IMG/VR virus record: IMGVR_UViG_3300001530_000094
From: a virus
Strand: one strand, 5' to 3'
Length of the DNA: 64,000 nucleotides
A model generated the notes under the pieces. The model was not told the DNA's origin. It saw only the letters and a program-made list of their open reading frames with translations, and did not search any database. Within the stretch, counting starts at the first letter, position 1. Each line of letters starts with the position of its first letter. Positions 19,644 through 28,786 of this stretch are shown in pieces. Position numbers and translations under genes: made by a program.

Positions 19644-19718
19644 GCTTCCTTAGTATAATGGTTATTACTACTGACTTGTAATCAGTGAATGTTTGTTCGA
19701 TTCAAACAGGAAGCTCCA
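19644..19718 (+). tRNA. tRNA-Thr(TGT) with encoded CCA
   Basis: Acceptor gcttcct/aggaagc, anticodon stem actga/tcagt with loop cttgtaa, T-arm gtttg-ttcgatt-caaac, 3' tcca. Confidence 0.92.
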
Positions 19719-19817
19719 GCTGGTCCATCACCAGCTACAATAAATCCATCAGACTCTTTAAATAGAGTCACACTGAAGGTTTATAGCTGTACCTATCCCA
19801 GAAACAGCTAATTATTT

Positions 19818-19896
19818 CAGGAGACAGTGTAGAGTGCACGTCAGTAATCCCACGGAGGACGAGATAGTGTTGGTTTAAATCCAACTCTCCTGACCA
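19818..19896 (+). ncRNA. tRNA-like structure with encoded ACCA end and non-canonical anticodon region
   Basis: Acceptor caggaga/tctcctg, T-arm gttgg-tttaaat-ccaac, 3' ACCA; middle region cgtcagtaatcccacggaggacg cannot form a standard 5 bp/7 nt anticodon arm. Confidence 0.5.
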
Positions 19897-20163
19897 TCAG
19901 GCCACAGCTCTTTGGTCTGTTTACTTCTATTTTAAGTTAGCTGATATCTTAAAATAGTAGCTAAAAATCAGAATTAGGGTACCTTCTCATACAAAGGTCA
20001 CAGTGTATGACAAATCAATTAGTAATTAAGTGGAATCCAGTTGACTACGAGGATGAAACGAAAAGAATAGAGTTTGAGATAAAGTTGACGTAGTCTAAAA
20101 AGGTACTTTATGAAAACTTAGGTTAGTTTTATTCTAATTGTTCTTTAACTAACCAGTGCACAC

Positions 20164-20226
20164 AGCGGTATAGCTTAATGGTAGAGCAGAGGTAATCTAG
20201 ATGGAGGTTCGATTCCTTCTACCGTT
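20164..20226 (+). ncRNA. truncated tRNA-like structure
   Basis: Acceptor agcggta/taccgtt, D-arm gctt-aatggta-gagc, T-arm ggagg-ttcgatt-ccttc, but only about 15 nt between D- and T-arms. Confidence 0.5.
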
Positions 20227-20390
20227 GCTGAACAGGACAGTTTTAAAACCACTTGGAAGGAAAACCAAGCACAAACCCTCGGAGAAGATTAGTACTATTC
20301 CGCCTAAGTAAAAGTAGGGGAGGACTAGTACATAATTCTCTCTATAATTCTTTTAAGTCATCGTTATCTGATGATGAAAATAATCCTATG

Positions 20391-20425
20391 AGAGCGGGAG
20401 CTACATCCGCTCTTTATTTATGTCA
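20391..20425 (+). terminator. possible intrinsic terminator upstream of terL
   Basis: agagcgg...ccgctct stem followed by ttatttat. Confidence 0.5.
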
Positions 20426-20483
20426 TTTTAAAACTTGTTATAAATTATATTAAGAGTAGAAAATTCATAGGAGGTTTGTAGTA

Positions 20484-22441
20484 ATGTCGAGTTCAGTTCA
20501 AGCTACATATAGTGTGCAAATAGAGCAATCTATTCAAGACACTATTAATTACATAACTAAGACTAAAAGTATGACTTTAAAGAAAAATAAAAAGAAGAAA
20601 AAGAAAAAACAAACTGAAGAACAGTTTAAAAGAGAACATGCTTTAGATAAAGTAGTGAATAATTTACTACAGATGAAAGAAGGAGAGAGAAAAGCTCAAT
20701 TAGTGAGACCTATAATACCTATTAGAGAATGGTTAGGAAACGAGTATTATTGTGGTTCAGAAGTATTTAATTTATATCCTTTTTGGAAAGAACACTTGAT
20801 AAGAATATATGAATCTCCAGTCTTAATAAATGAAATAATTCTTACTGGAGGTCTAGGAACTGGTAAAACAACTTTTGCAAATGCTGTTATACTAAGAAAA
20901 ATATATGAACTCAGTTGTTACATGAATGTGCCAGCTTTATTTAATCTTTTACCAACATCTTTGATGTTATTTGCATATTTCAATTTAAACTTAGAGCAAG
21001 CCAATTTAACAGGTTATGGACAACTTAAAAATATGATTGATACTTCTAAATATTTTCAAGAAATATTTCCTAGAAATCAAAAAATTAATTCATCTATTGA
21101 TTTTACTCAAGCTAATATGATGGTAAGATTTGCTTCTAATGAGTCTCACATTATAGGAACTAACTTATTTGGAGCAATACTAGATGAAGCTAACTTCTAT
21201 AAAGGAGATGGTCAATCTACTACAGAAAAAGCAGGAGAAGCACAATCTCAAGCAAGACAAATTTATACAGCTATAAGAAATAGACGGAAAATCCAGATTT
21301 ACTAGCTCTGGAGAAAATAATTCTCTTTCTATATTAGTATCTTCTACTATGTATGACTCTTCATTCACTAATGAAAGAATTAAACTAACTGAAGAAGACC
21401 CTCACACTTATGTAATCAATGCAAGAGTATGGGATGTAAAACCTAAAGGAACTTTTCCAGAAGAAAGATTTTATGTATTTGCTGGAAATTCAGAATTAGA
21501 CCCATTTATTATTACTAATCAAAAAGAAATGCAAGATGTTTATAATTCTTTTTATTTAGATTTAAAAGCTTCTGGAAATATAAAAGAAGATATAGCAAAA
21601 ATTCCTTCACAATTTCAAGATAGAGTAGTTGCACTACCAATAAATTACAGAAAAGATTTTGAAACTAATATTATTAAATCTTTACAAGATATTGCTGGTA
21701 CTTCAGTAGCTCCAGAAGGTAGACTATTTAGTAGTAGAGTACACTATAAAAATTGTATCTATTCAGAAACAAATCCAGTATTTACTAAAGATGAGATAGT
21801 TATATCTACTGCATCAGATATACTACCTCAAGACTATGTGAGAAAGGACTATGTGCCAGACCAACCTAATAAGAAAAGATACATACACTTTGACCAGTCT
21901 TTATCTGGAGATAGTTATGGAATTGCATGTACCTATGTAGATGATGTAATTACTGATAGTAGCGGATTATTATTACTTTTCTTAAAAGTAGAATGGATGT
22001 TAAGAATAAATCCACCTAAACCACCAGCTAAAATAGATTTAGCAAAAGTTAGAACTATAATTAAATATTTTGAAGAAGTTCATGGAATTACTTGGGGAAC
22101 AATTTCATACGATACATTTCAGTCTGCAGAAGCTATGCAAGAGTTAGAAAAGTCAGGCTACAATGTTCAAGCTCGTTCTGTAGATAAAACTGATGAAGCT
22201 TATTTGACTTTATGTCAATACATATATGATGGAAGAATAGAATTTCCTAGGCATCCTGTATTTGAAGAAGAACTTTTTGGTTTAATGCACTATAGGTCTA
22301 GACATAAAGTAGACCACTTACCTGGAAAGTCTAAAGACGTTCGGAGATGGTGTAGCCGGTTCTATAATGAATGCAATAGAAGATCCTAATAATATTATAG
22401 ATGCTCAAATGGAAGGAGACTTAGAGTTGTTATTTACATAA
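20484..22441 (+). CDS. terminase large subunit, requiring two +1 shifts at CGG
   Basis: ILTGGLGTGKTTFANAV (Walker A), FGAILDEANFY (Walker B), IRNR-G-KSRFTSSGENNSLSILVSS, HFDQSLSGDSYGIACTYVD nuclease motif, SKDV-G-DGVAGSIMNAIEDPNN. Confidence 0.92.
21285..21287 (+). other. CGG recoding (+1 frameshift) site 3
   Basis: AGA CGG AAA -> AGA (C) GGA AAA TCC AGA TTT. Confidence 0.9.
22342..22344 (+). other. CGG recoding (+1 frameshift) site 4
   Basis: GTT CGG AGA -> GTT (C) GGA GAT GGT GTA GCC GGT. Confidence 0.9.
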
Positions 22442-22481
22442 TATATTATAATAAGAGAATAAAAGAAAAAGAGGTGCAAAA

Positions 22482-24470
22482 ATGGCAAATAGATTTGGAA
22501 GAAGAAATAAAAAAGAAGATATAAAACCTGAAAATACTTCTCATACAGCTGAGTATTTATTAGAAAGTGACCAATCAGCTACAATTAATGGTCATCAAGC
22601 TTATAATTTCTTACAAGGTATAAGAAGTGTAGATGGCAATTACATAAACAATGATTTACTAATGGATAAGATGTGTCAGGATTCAGTCATATCTGCAGCT
22701 TTAGATATATGGACAGAAGATGCTCTTCAAAAAGACCCTTTTACTGGTGAAATGTTTATTGTAGATGTAGATACAGTAGAAGATGACCCTGTAGCTAAAA
22801 AACTTTCAGATGGTTTATCTAAAAGACTAAATCATTTATTGAAGAAAGATTTAAGAGCAGAAAAATATCTAGCTACTTGGTGTAAAAGAGTGTTAAAGTA
22901 TGGTAATTGTTATTTAAAATTAGATTTTGCAGATAAGTTAACTGATGAAAAACTTAAACTTAAAGAATCTGTATCTGATAAAGAAAGATTTGAAAAAATA
23001 GCTATTAAAACTATAGCTATGATGACTAACAATGAAGATTCTAAATTAGATTATGCTTTTGATAATCCTCAAAAAATGTTGCCTAAAGGGAAACTAAATG
23101 AAGCATATAAAGTAGATTATGAGTCTATGATGAGAAATAATATAAGTGTACCTAAAGAAGAAAAATTTACAACTGAAGTACTAAAAGAAGATGTTTTAAC
23201 TAGTAAACAGGAAGAAAAGACAGTTAGAGGTAGATGGTATACTGAAATTTTAGGACATGGAACTAATATTTATGAATTATCTAGTAAACAGAAAGTAGTT
23301 GCTTACATAGATAGAGATGCTCCTAATAAATTTATAAAACCTGACAATATAATAAATTTTGCTAATAATACAGGAAAACATAGAGTATCTTTTGAAGTTG
23401 GAGATGTATCTGATAAAGTAAATCAAAAAGAGTATTATTCTTTAGAAAGAGGAGAAGGTTTCTTAGAAAATGCTATGGTTGCGTGGCAAGTTCTTTCAGC
23501 CTTAGAAGATATTTTATTACTTACTAGAATGACTCGTTCTATACTATACAGAATATTTTCTATAGAGGTAGGTAACAAAGGAAATAAAGAAACAGCTCAG
23601 ATTCTAGATAGATTAAAAAATAGATTAAAAATGGAAGAAACTATAGATATAAGAAGTAGAATATATAATAGTACTTTAACTCAAGTTCCTTTAGCTGATT
23701 CAGTATTTATTCCAACACATAATGGTGTAGGTGTAACTGATGTTAAAACTGTTGGAGGAGATGTAAATCTTAGAGATGCTATAGATTTAGACTATTTTAG
23801 AGACAAATTACATTCAGCTTTAAGAATCCCAGCTCCATACCTATCATACACAGAATCTTTACCTGGAGGAATAGGAGATAGTTCTTTAACTAGAATGGAC
23901 ATTAGATATTCTAGAACAGTTGCTAGAATTAAAGCAATTTTAGCAGAAGGACTAAAAGATATTTGTATAAGATATTTACAGTTAACTATAGGAGATAGAG
24001 CTTTCGAAGAATTACCTGATTTTAGAATTAAGTTTGCTAGCACTAACTCAGCAGAAGATATATCTAGAGCTAATTTACAACAAACTTTTATGGAGACATT
24101 ACAAAAGTCTTTAAACACATTGAAAGAATTAGGTATAGATATAGCTACAAATCCAGAAGGATATAAGAAGACTAGAGAAACTTTAATTAATGAATATTTT
24201 GGTAATACTTTAGCTGAAGCTATAAAAGCAGATGAAAGACTTACTTCAGTAACAGCTCCTACAGAGTTAGCAAATGATAAAACTGGAGGAAATAGTGGAC
24301 CTTCTGATATGGGACCAGACACAGAGATAAACATAGACAGTGGACCTAGCGGAATGGGACCAGAAGCTCCAGAAGAAGGAGAAATACCTGAAGAAGATTT
24401 AGATAATGTAGAAGTAGGACCAGAGACTGGACCAGCTCCAGACACAGAAACAACTAATGAATTATCTTAG
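22482..24470 (+). CDS. T4 gp20-like portal protein
   Basis: 662 aa immediately after terL; T4-type portal core (YSLERGEGFLENAMVAWQVLSALEDILLLTRMTRSILYRIFSIEVGNKG). Confidence 0.85.
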   Translation: MANRFGRRNKKEDIKPENTSHTAEYLLESDQSATINGHQAYNFLQGIRSVDGNYINNDLLMDKMCQDSVISAALDIWTEDALQKDPFTGEMFIVDVDTVEDDPVAKKLSDGLSKRLNHLLKKDLRAEKYLATWCKRVLKYGNCYLKLDFADKLTDEKLKLKESVSDKERFEKIAIKTIAMMTNNEDSKLDYAFDNPQKMLPKGKLNEAYKVDYESMMRNNISVPKEEKFTTEVLKEDVLTSKQEEKTVRGRWYTEILGHGTNIYELSSKQKVVAYIDRDAPNKFIKPDNIINFANNTGKHRVSFEVGDVSDKVNQKEYYSLERGEGFLENAMVAWQVLSALEDILLLTRMTRSILYRIFSIEVGNKGNKETAQILDRLKNRLKMEETIDIRSRIYNSTLTQVPLADSVFIPTHNGVGVTDVKTVGGDVNLRDAIDLDYFRDKLHSALRIPAPYLSYTESLPGGIGDSSLTRMDIRYSRTVARIKAILAEGLKDICIRYLQLTIGDRAFEELPDFRIKFASTNSAEDISRANLQQTFMETLQKSLNTLKELGIDIATNPEGYKKTRETLINEYFGNTLAEAIKADERLTSVTAPTELANDKTGGNSGPSDMGPDTEINIDSGPSGMGPEAPEEGEIPEEDLDNVEVGPETGPAPDTETTNELS

Positions 24471-24481
24471 GAGGATAGCTT

Positions 24482-24691
24482 ATGGATATTCCAAGTTATG
24501 AAGAAACTTTATGTCCATGCTGTAAAAATAGAGAAATTTGTAATCATAATAAGTATACAGAAAAAATTAGACATACTACAGATTTTACAGGAGACATGAA
24601 AGTGTCTAAGTGTAAATACTATGTATATAATAAGGAGAGACAAAATGAAATTAATAGAAGAGAAAGTATTTTCTTTATTGGACAAGACTGA
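24482..24691 (+). CDS. small Cys-rich (zinc ribbon-like) protein
   Basis: LCPCCKNREICNHNKY...KCKYY. Confidence 0.55.
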   Translation: MDIPSYEETLCPCCKNREICNHNKYTEKIRHTTDFTGDMKVSKCKYYVYNKERQNEINRRESIFFIGQD

Positions 24692-25496
24692 AAGAGAGAC
24701 TCCTAAATTAGCAGGTAGAGCAGATTTTATCTATCCTAAATATATAGGACTAAGTAAGAAAGGAATTTTTCATTTTAAAACTAATTCTCAGAGTAGACCA
24801 GGATATTCTTGGTATCAAACTATAGAGATTAAAAATATGAGAACTTTAGCTCTTACTACAGATGAAATTACTGCTGATACAATAAAGAGATGGTTTGAAA
24901 TAGCAGATGTAAATATATATTGTTCTGATGAATCATATTTGTATTACGCATTTCAATATATGGGAACTCAAAGAGATTACAATGACCCAGAACAACCAGA
25001 AACTAGAGCTCCTAAAAGAAACAATACTAAATTAGCAGGTGGTCTTTGTAAACACTTAGTTTCTATAATAGAACACTTGCAAATAGGTGAGTTTTATGAA
25101 CAAATGGCAAAAGATGTTAATAACTGGAAACAGTACACATTAGGAAATGCATATAGGTCATTTAATAGAGGAAGAAATATGGGACAATATAACAAAAGAG
25201 AGAAAGAAATTGACTGGAAGAAGATTGATAGCTTTGTTGATGAGGCTCTTTGGGCAAGACATAATTTTGCTCAGTTCTTACGTTCAAACAATATAAAGAA
25301 AGATATGTATGCGGAGATAAATAGACTACAACAAGCTGGAGAAGATATGACTCTAGATGATTTCTTAGAAGATGAGTTCGGACTTACTCTTCAAGATTTA
25401 GCATCAGAAATAGGGGTAGAAGAAAAAGCTTTAGATGATTATTTTAAACAAACATACGGATTAACAAATACACAGGGTATAGGAAATTTAAGTTAA
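24645..25496 (+). CDS. hypothetical virion-cluster protein with CKH motif
   Basis: GGLCKHLVSIIEHL; ATG 24645 with aaggaga RBS. Confidence 0.6.
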   Translation: MKLIEEKVFSLLDKTERETPKLAGRADFIYPKYIGLSKKGIFHFKTNSQSRPGYSWYQTIEIKNMRTLALTTDEITADTIKRWFEIADVNIYCSDESYLYYAFQYMGTQRDYNDPEQPETRAPKRNNTKLAGGLCKHLVSIIEHLQIGEFYEQMAKDVNNWKQYTLGNAYRSFNRGRNMGQYNKREKEIDWKKIDSFVDEALWARHNFAQFLRSNNIKKDMYAEINRLQQAGEDMTLDDFLEDEFGLTLQDLASEIGVEEKALDDYFKQTYGLTNTQGIGNLS

Positions 25497-25511
25497 AGGA
25501 GGTAGACATAA

Positions 25512-26426
25512 ATGCCATTATTTACTAATTATGGAAAACCTAAAGGACTTATAGTAAATTTCATGAAAGATATAGAACAAAGATATATACCAGCTCTCAA
25601 CCAGCAGCTAGATACAAATATAAATAACTATCCATCTCTTACTAGAGAGACTTATGCGGTATATCAAGATGAAGAACAAGGAGTGTCAATAGAAATATCT
25701 AGTAATCATAGAGATATAGAAAATAGAGGAGACTTATTCGTAGCTGTATCTTATGATGGAATGAAAGAAGATGCTGGTATAATAGATTTAGACAATTTAC
25801 AAGATGCTGTAAATATCACTCAATATTCTCTTCAAGAATTAGGCTTTAAAACACCTGAAGATAAGAAAAATGATGAAGCTGATGCAGAAGCTAAAGCAAT
25901 GCAAGATAAAATAAACAAAGACTTAGAGGATAGAAAGAAAGCTGAAAGAAGAGATGAAATACTAAGACAAGCAGAAGAAAGAAATCGAGGGACAGAAAAC
26001 CAGTCTGACATAGAGACAGAACCTGAAGAAGACAATTATGAAGAAGAAAAAGATGAGTATGTTTCAGAGTTAAACAAAAAACTAACTTTTTTAAGTAAAG
26101 AAGCAGAAGGTGCTGTTGCAGAATTAGAATGGCTTACTCTTCCTGATAATATTCAAGGAAATTCTGCTGAATTTATACATATAGAGATGAATTTTACTCA
26201 TGTGTCTGGTGAAAACTTTTTAATAGAAACTAAAAGAATAAATCCTAAAATACAGACTATTTGTAATATTCAAGATTGTATTGGATATGCAAATAAAGTG
26301 TCTGACAAACTTAAAGTAACTCCAACTATTATAATGAAGGATGAAAGAGGAAGAGATTTAGAACTTCCTAAGAATATGAAGGAACCTGAGGATGACTCAG
26401 ATGATGATTTTTCAATTAATATATAA
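25512..26426 (+). CDS. hypothetical protein
   Basis: ORF. Confidence 0.6.
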   Translation: MPLFTNYGKPKGLIVNFMKDIEQRYIPALNQQLDTNINNYPSLTRETYAVYQDEEQGVSIEISSNHRDIENRGDLFVAVSYDGMKEDAGIIDLDNLQDAVNITQYSLQELGFKTPEDKKNDEADAEAKAMQDKINKDLEDRKKAERRDEILRQAEERNRGTENQSDIETEPEEDNYEEEKDEYVSELNKKLTFLSKEAEGAVAELEWLTLPDNIQGNSAEFIHIEMNFTHVSGENFLIETKRINPKIQTICNIQDCIGYANKVSDKLKVTPTIIMKDERGRDLELPKNMKEPEDDSDDDFSINI

Positions 26427-26494
26427 AATTTATTGTTTACTATTTAAAAGTGTCTTAGAATTTACTCTGAAAAATAGAAAGTAGGTGTAAAAGA

Positions 26495-27458
26495 TTGAAT
26501 AACATAGAAATTTATAAGCGGATTTCAAAACATAGCAGATAGAACTTTTCAAGAGTTCAGAAGAAAAATATATGATTATTTAAAATATACTTTGTCAACT
26601 GTTATGACTGAAGACGACTTAGATGTAGTTGTAAAGCTGATAACTGAGATTTTCGGTGATTTATACATGAGAACAGGATTAATGCCTTGGCAAATAGATA
26701 CAGCCAAGTGTCCAGAATCTCAACTAGAAGCTCTTAGTTATTTGATAGGGTATGATTGGAATCCTAATTTAACCGCAGACCAACAAAGAATGGGAATAGA
26801 CTTATATTGTTTAATTAGAAGAAATAGAGGTACTATTTTTGGACTAGAGAATTTAATTAGAACTTTCGGACAAACAGTGAAAGAATTTTATTCTAGTTCA
26901 GATTTAAGAGGTGTAGAAGTAATAGAGTATGGTTCTGGCGGTCCAGAGACTTTAGAGCCTAATATGTTTCCTGGAGATATAATAGTTAGAGCTCCAGATT
27001 TCTCTAGTATACTTAGAGATAGTATTTTCGATACTAAATTAGCTGGCACAAGATTATTCTTTGAGTATTATATTTTCTTAGGAATATTTCATTTATCTAT
27101 TACTACAGATTTTGGATGGGTAATAAGAATAACACCTGACATGTTAATACAAGGTTATGACCCTACAATAGATGAATTTGCAGCGGGTTGGAATGTAACT
27201 TTAGGGCAATTACTGGAGCATCAACTAACTCATGGAATTAGAGGAAATATTGCTAATAGTGTAACTAAAGTTGGACATAATCAAAACTCATTGCATGGAG
27301 AACATCATGGAAATTTAGTAGCTGGAATACAAGTATTAACTTACTATAAAGCTCCGTGGGTAAATGGATTTATTCTAAATGTTCCAGGGCTTACTAATTA
27401 TAGAGGATTTGTACAACCTACAGAACATATTGAAACTGAAGAAATACTTTACAAATAA
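26495..27458 (+). CDS. P2 gpI-like tail/baseplate protein joined by a +1 shift at CGG 26519-26521
   Basis: TTG 26495 (aggtg RBS) MNNIEIYK then +1 into GFQNIADRTFQEFRRKIYDYLKYTLSTVMTEDDLDVV..., the missing N-terminus of the 26592 ORF. Confidence 0.72.
26519..26521 (+). other. CGG recoding (+1 frameshift) site 5
   Basis: AAG CGG ATT -> AAG (C) GGA TTT CAA AAC. Confidence 0.75.
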
Positions 27459-27485
27459 ATTACTAGTATAAATTTTAAAAAACTA

Positions 27486-27514
27486 TTTACAAACTTAAAA
27501 TAATATGATATAAT
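27486..27514 (+). promoter_or_regulatory. sigma-70-type promoter
   Basis: TTTACA-17-TATAAT with TG extended -10. Confidence 0.8.
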
Positions 27515-27544
27515 TATAATAAGAACGAGGTTATTTTAAAGGAG

Positions 27545-27745
27545 GTGAAAAACATGGATGATAAAATTAGAGAATATATTTCAAATGAAATAATAAACAT
27601 AATGAACACATATAAAGATACAGACGTATCTTGGTCACACCTTTTAGAATTAATACATGAAGTAGTTACTGATTATGAAAATGCAACATCTCCTACAGTA
27701 CCATCAGACATTAAATCATTTTTAAATAATTGGACTACAGACTAA
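27545..27745 (+). CDS. hypothetical protein
   Basis: ORF with ggaggtg RBS. Confidence 0.55.
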   Translation: MKNMDDKIREYISNEIINIMNTYKDTDVSWSHLLELIHEVVTDYENATSPTVPSDIKSFLNNWTTD

Positions 27746-27841
27746 TAATAGAATTTTAAAAATTTTTTAAAAGAGTAGAGTAAAATCTACTCTTTTACAT
27801 AGTATAAATATAGAAATTTTATAGAAAGAAGGTAGAAATTT

Positions 27842-28387
27842 ATGGAAGAAAATTTAGATGTAAAACTTACAGGTTTTAATGGAGAAGAAGTATCTAAAGA
27901 GGAGTTTGTAGACCAGGTAGTAAATGCTATAAAAGAAGATATGGCTCCATCAGATAGAGAAACTCTAGAAGCAATTCCTTTAGTGGAAATAGACAATACA
28001 GAACAAGATATTACTGATACTTTATTAGAGAAATATACTGAGTTAGACTTAGAAATATCTAAAGTAGTTTTAGAACAAGAACAATATAGAAAAGAACATA
28101 AAGAAGTCTTTGATAAAATGAAAGAGTATGAAGACAAGATTGCAAAAATAGAGCAACAACAAGAAGCTGTTAAAGGTGACTTAAAGACTAAAATGAGAGA
28201 ATTGAATAAGAAAGAAATAATAGGCATAAGATTTACAGCAAAATACACAGCTCCATATACTAGAAAGAAATTTGATACAGACCAATTTTATAAAGATTAT
28301 GCAGAAGATACAGCTATGTATAAGAAATATGTAAGTACTACTAATGTATCTGAAAGTATTAAAATTTCTGAGACTAAGAAGAAATAG
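27842..28387 (+). CDS. hypothetical protein
   Basis: ORF. Confidence 0.6.
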   Translation: MEENLDVKLTGFNGEEVSKEEFVDQVVNAIKEDMAPSDRETLEAIPLVEIDNTEQDITDTLLEKYTELDLEISKVVLEQEQYRKEHKEVFDKMKEYEDKIAKIEQQQEAVKGDLKTKMRELNKKEIIGIRFTAKYTAPYTRKKFDTDQFYKDYAEDTAMYKKYVSTTNVSESIKISETKKK

Positions 28388-28396
28388 GAGGATTTT

Positions 28397-28786
28397 ATGA
28401 AGAAGATAGTTACAGATAATACTACAATTTTTGTAAATCATATTAAATTTATACGAATTATGGAAGCTGGAGTAAGTCAAACTAAAGAGAAAAGATATAC
28501 AGTAACAGCAGTTTTAGAAGATTGTACTGATATAGATATTGATAATATAAATTGCATAATATTAAATTATGATGAAAACGGAGAGTTACAGAAAACTAGA
28601 GAAGAAGCTCAATTATTTAAAGATTTTTTAGAAAGAAAACTAGATAATCAATGGGAGACTATATTTACTTTAGATGTATTAAAAGAAGTAAATGACTATA
28701 TAAACTATAGTAAACAAGAGCATAAATCTACGATGGTAGATATTAGTAAATTAAAATTAAATGAAAAAGGAGAAGTTGTACGATGA
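28397..28786 (+). CDS. hypothetical protein
   Basis: ORF. Confidence 0.55.
   Translation: MKKIVTDNTTIFVNHIKFIRIMEAGVSQTKEKRYTVTAVLEDCTDIDIDNINCIILNYDENGELQKTREEAQLFKDFLERKLDNQWETIFTLDVLKEVNDYINYSKQEHKSTMVDISKLKLNEKGEVVR

Larger units (their letters stand above)
19150..20225 (+). ncRNA. large, highly structured non-coding RNA region, candidate ROOL/GOLLD-like ornate RNA associated with tRNAs
   Basis: No credible ORF; many perfect stems, e.g. aagaatatttatatt/aatataagtgttctt (19519-19558), ctctaag/cttagag, ctgtag/ctacag, tattttaag/cttaaaata, gtacctt/aaggtac (19979-20106), gactacg/cgtagtc, ggttagtt/aactaacc. Exact ends uncertain. Confidence 0.6.

Noticed and set aside
19560-19650. Group I intron interrupting the tRNA
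   Set aside because: The tRNA-Thr is continuous and I could not identify P/Q/R/S core elements around it.
20253-20453. 66-aa ORF in the track
   Set aside because: Lies in a hairpin-rich region (gtacta...tagtac, agagcgg...ccgctct), has no RBS and low-complexity composition; its in-frame CGG (20279) is therefore not counted for or against the CGG rule.
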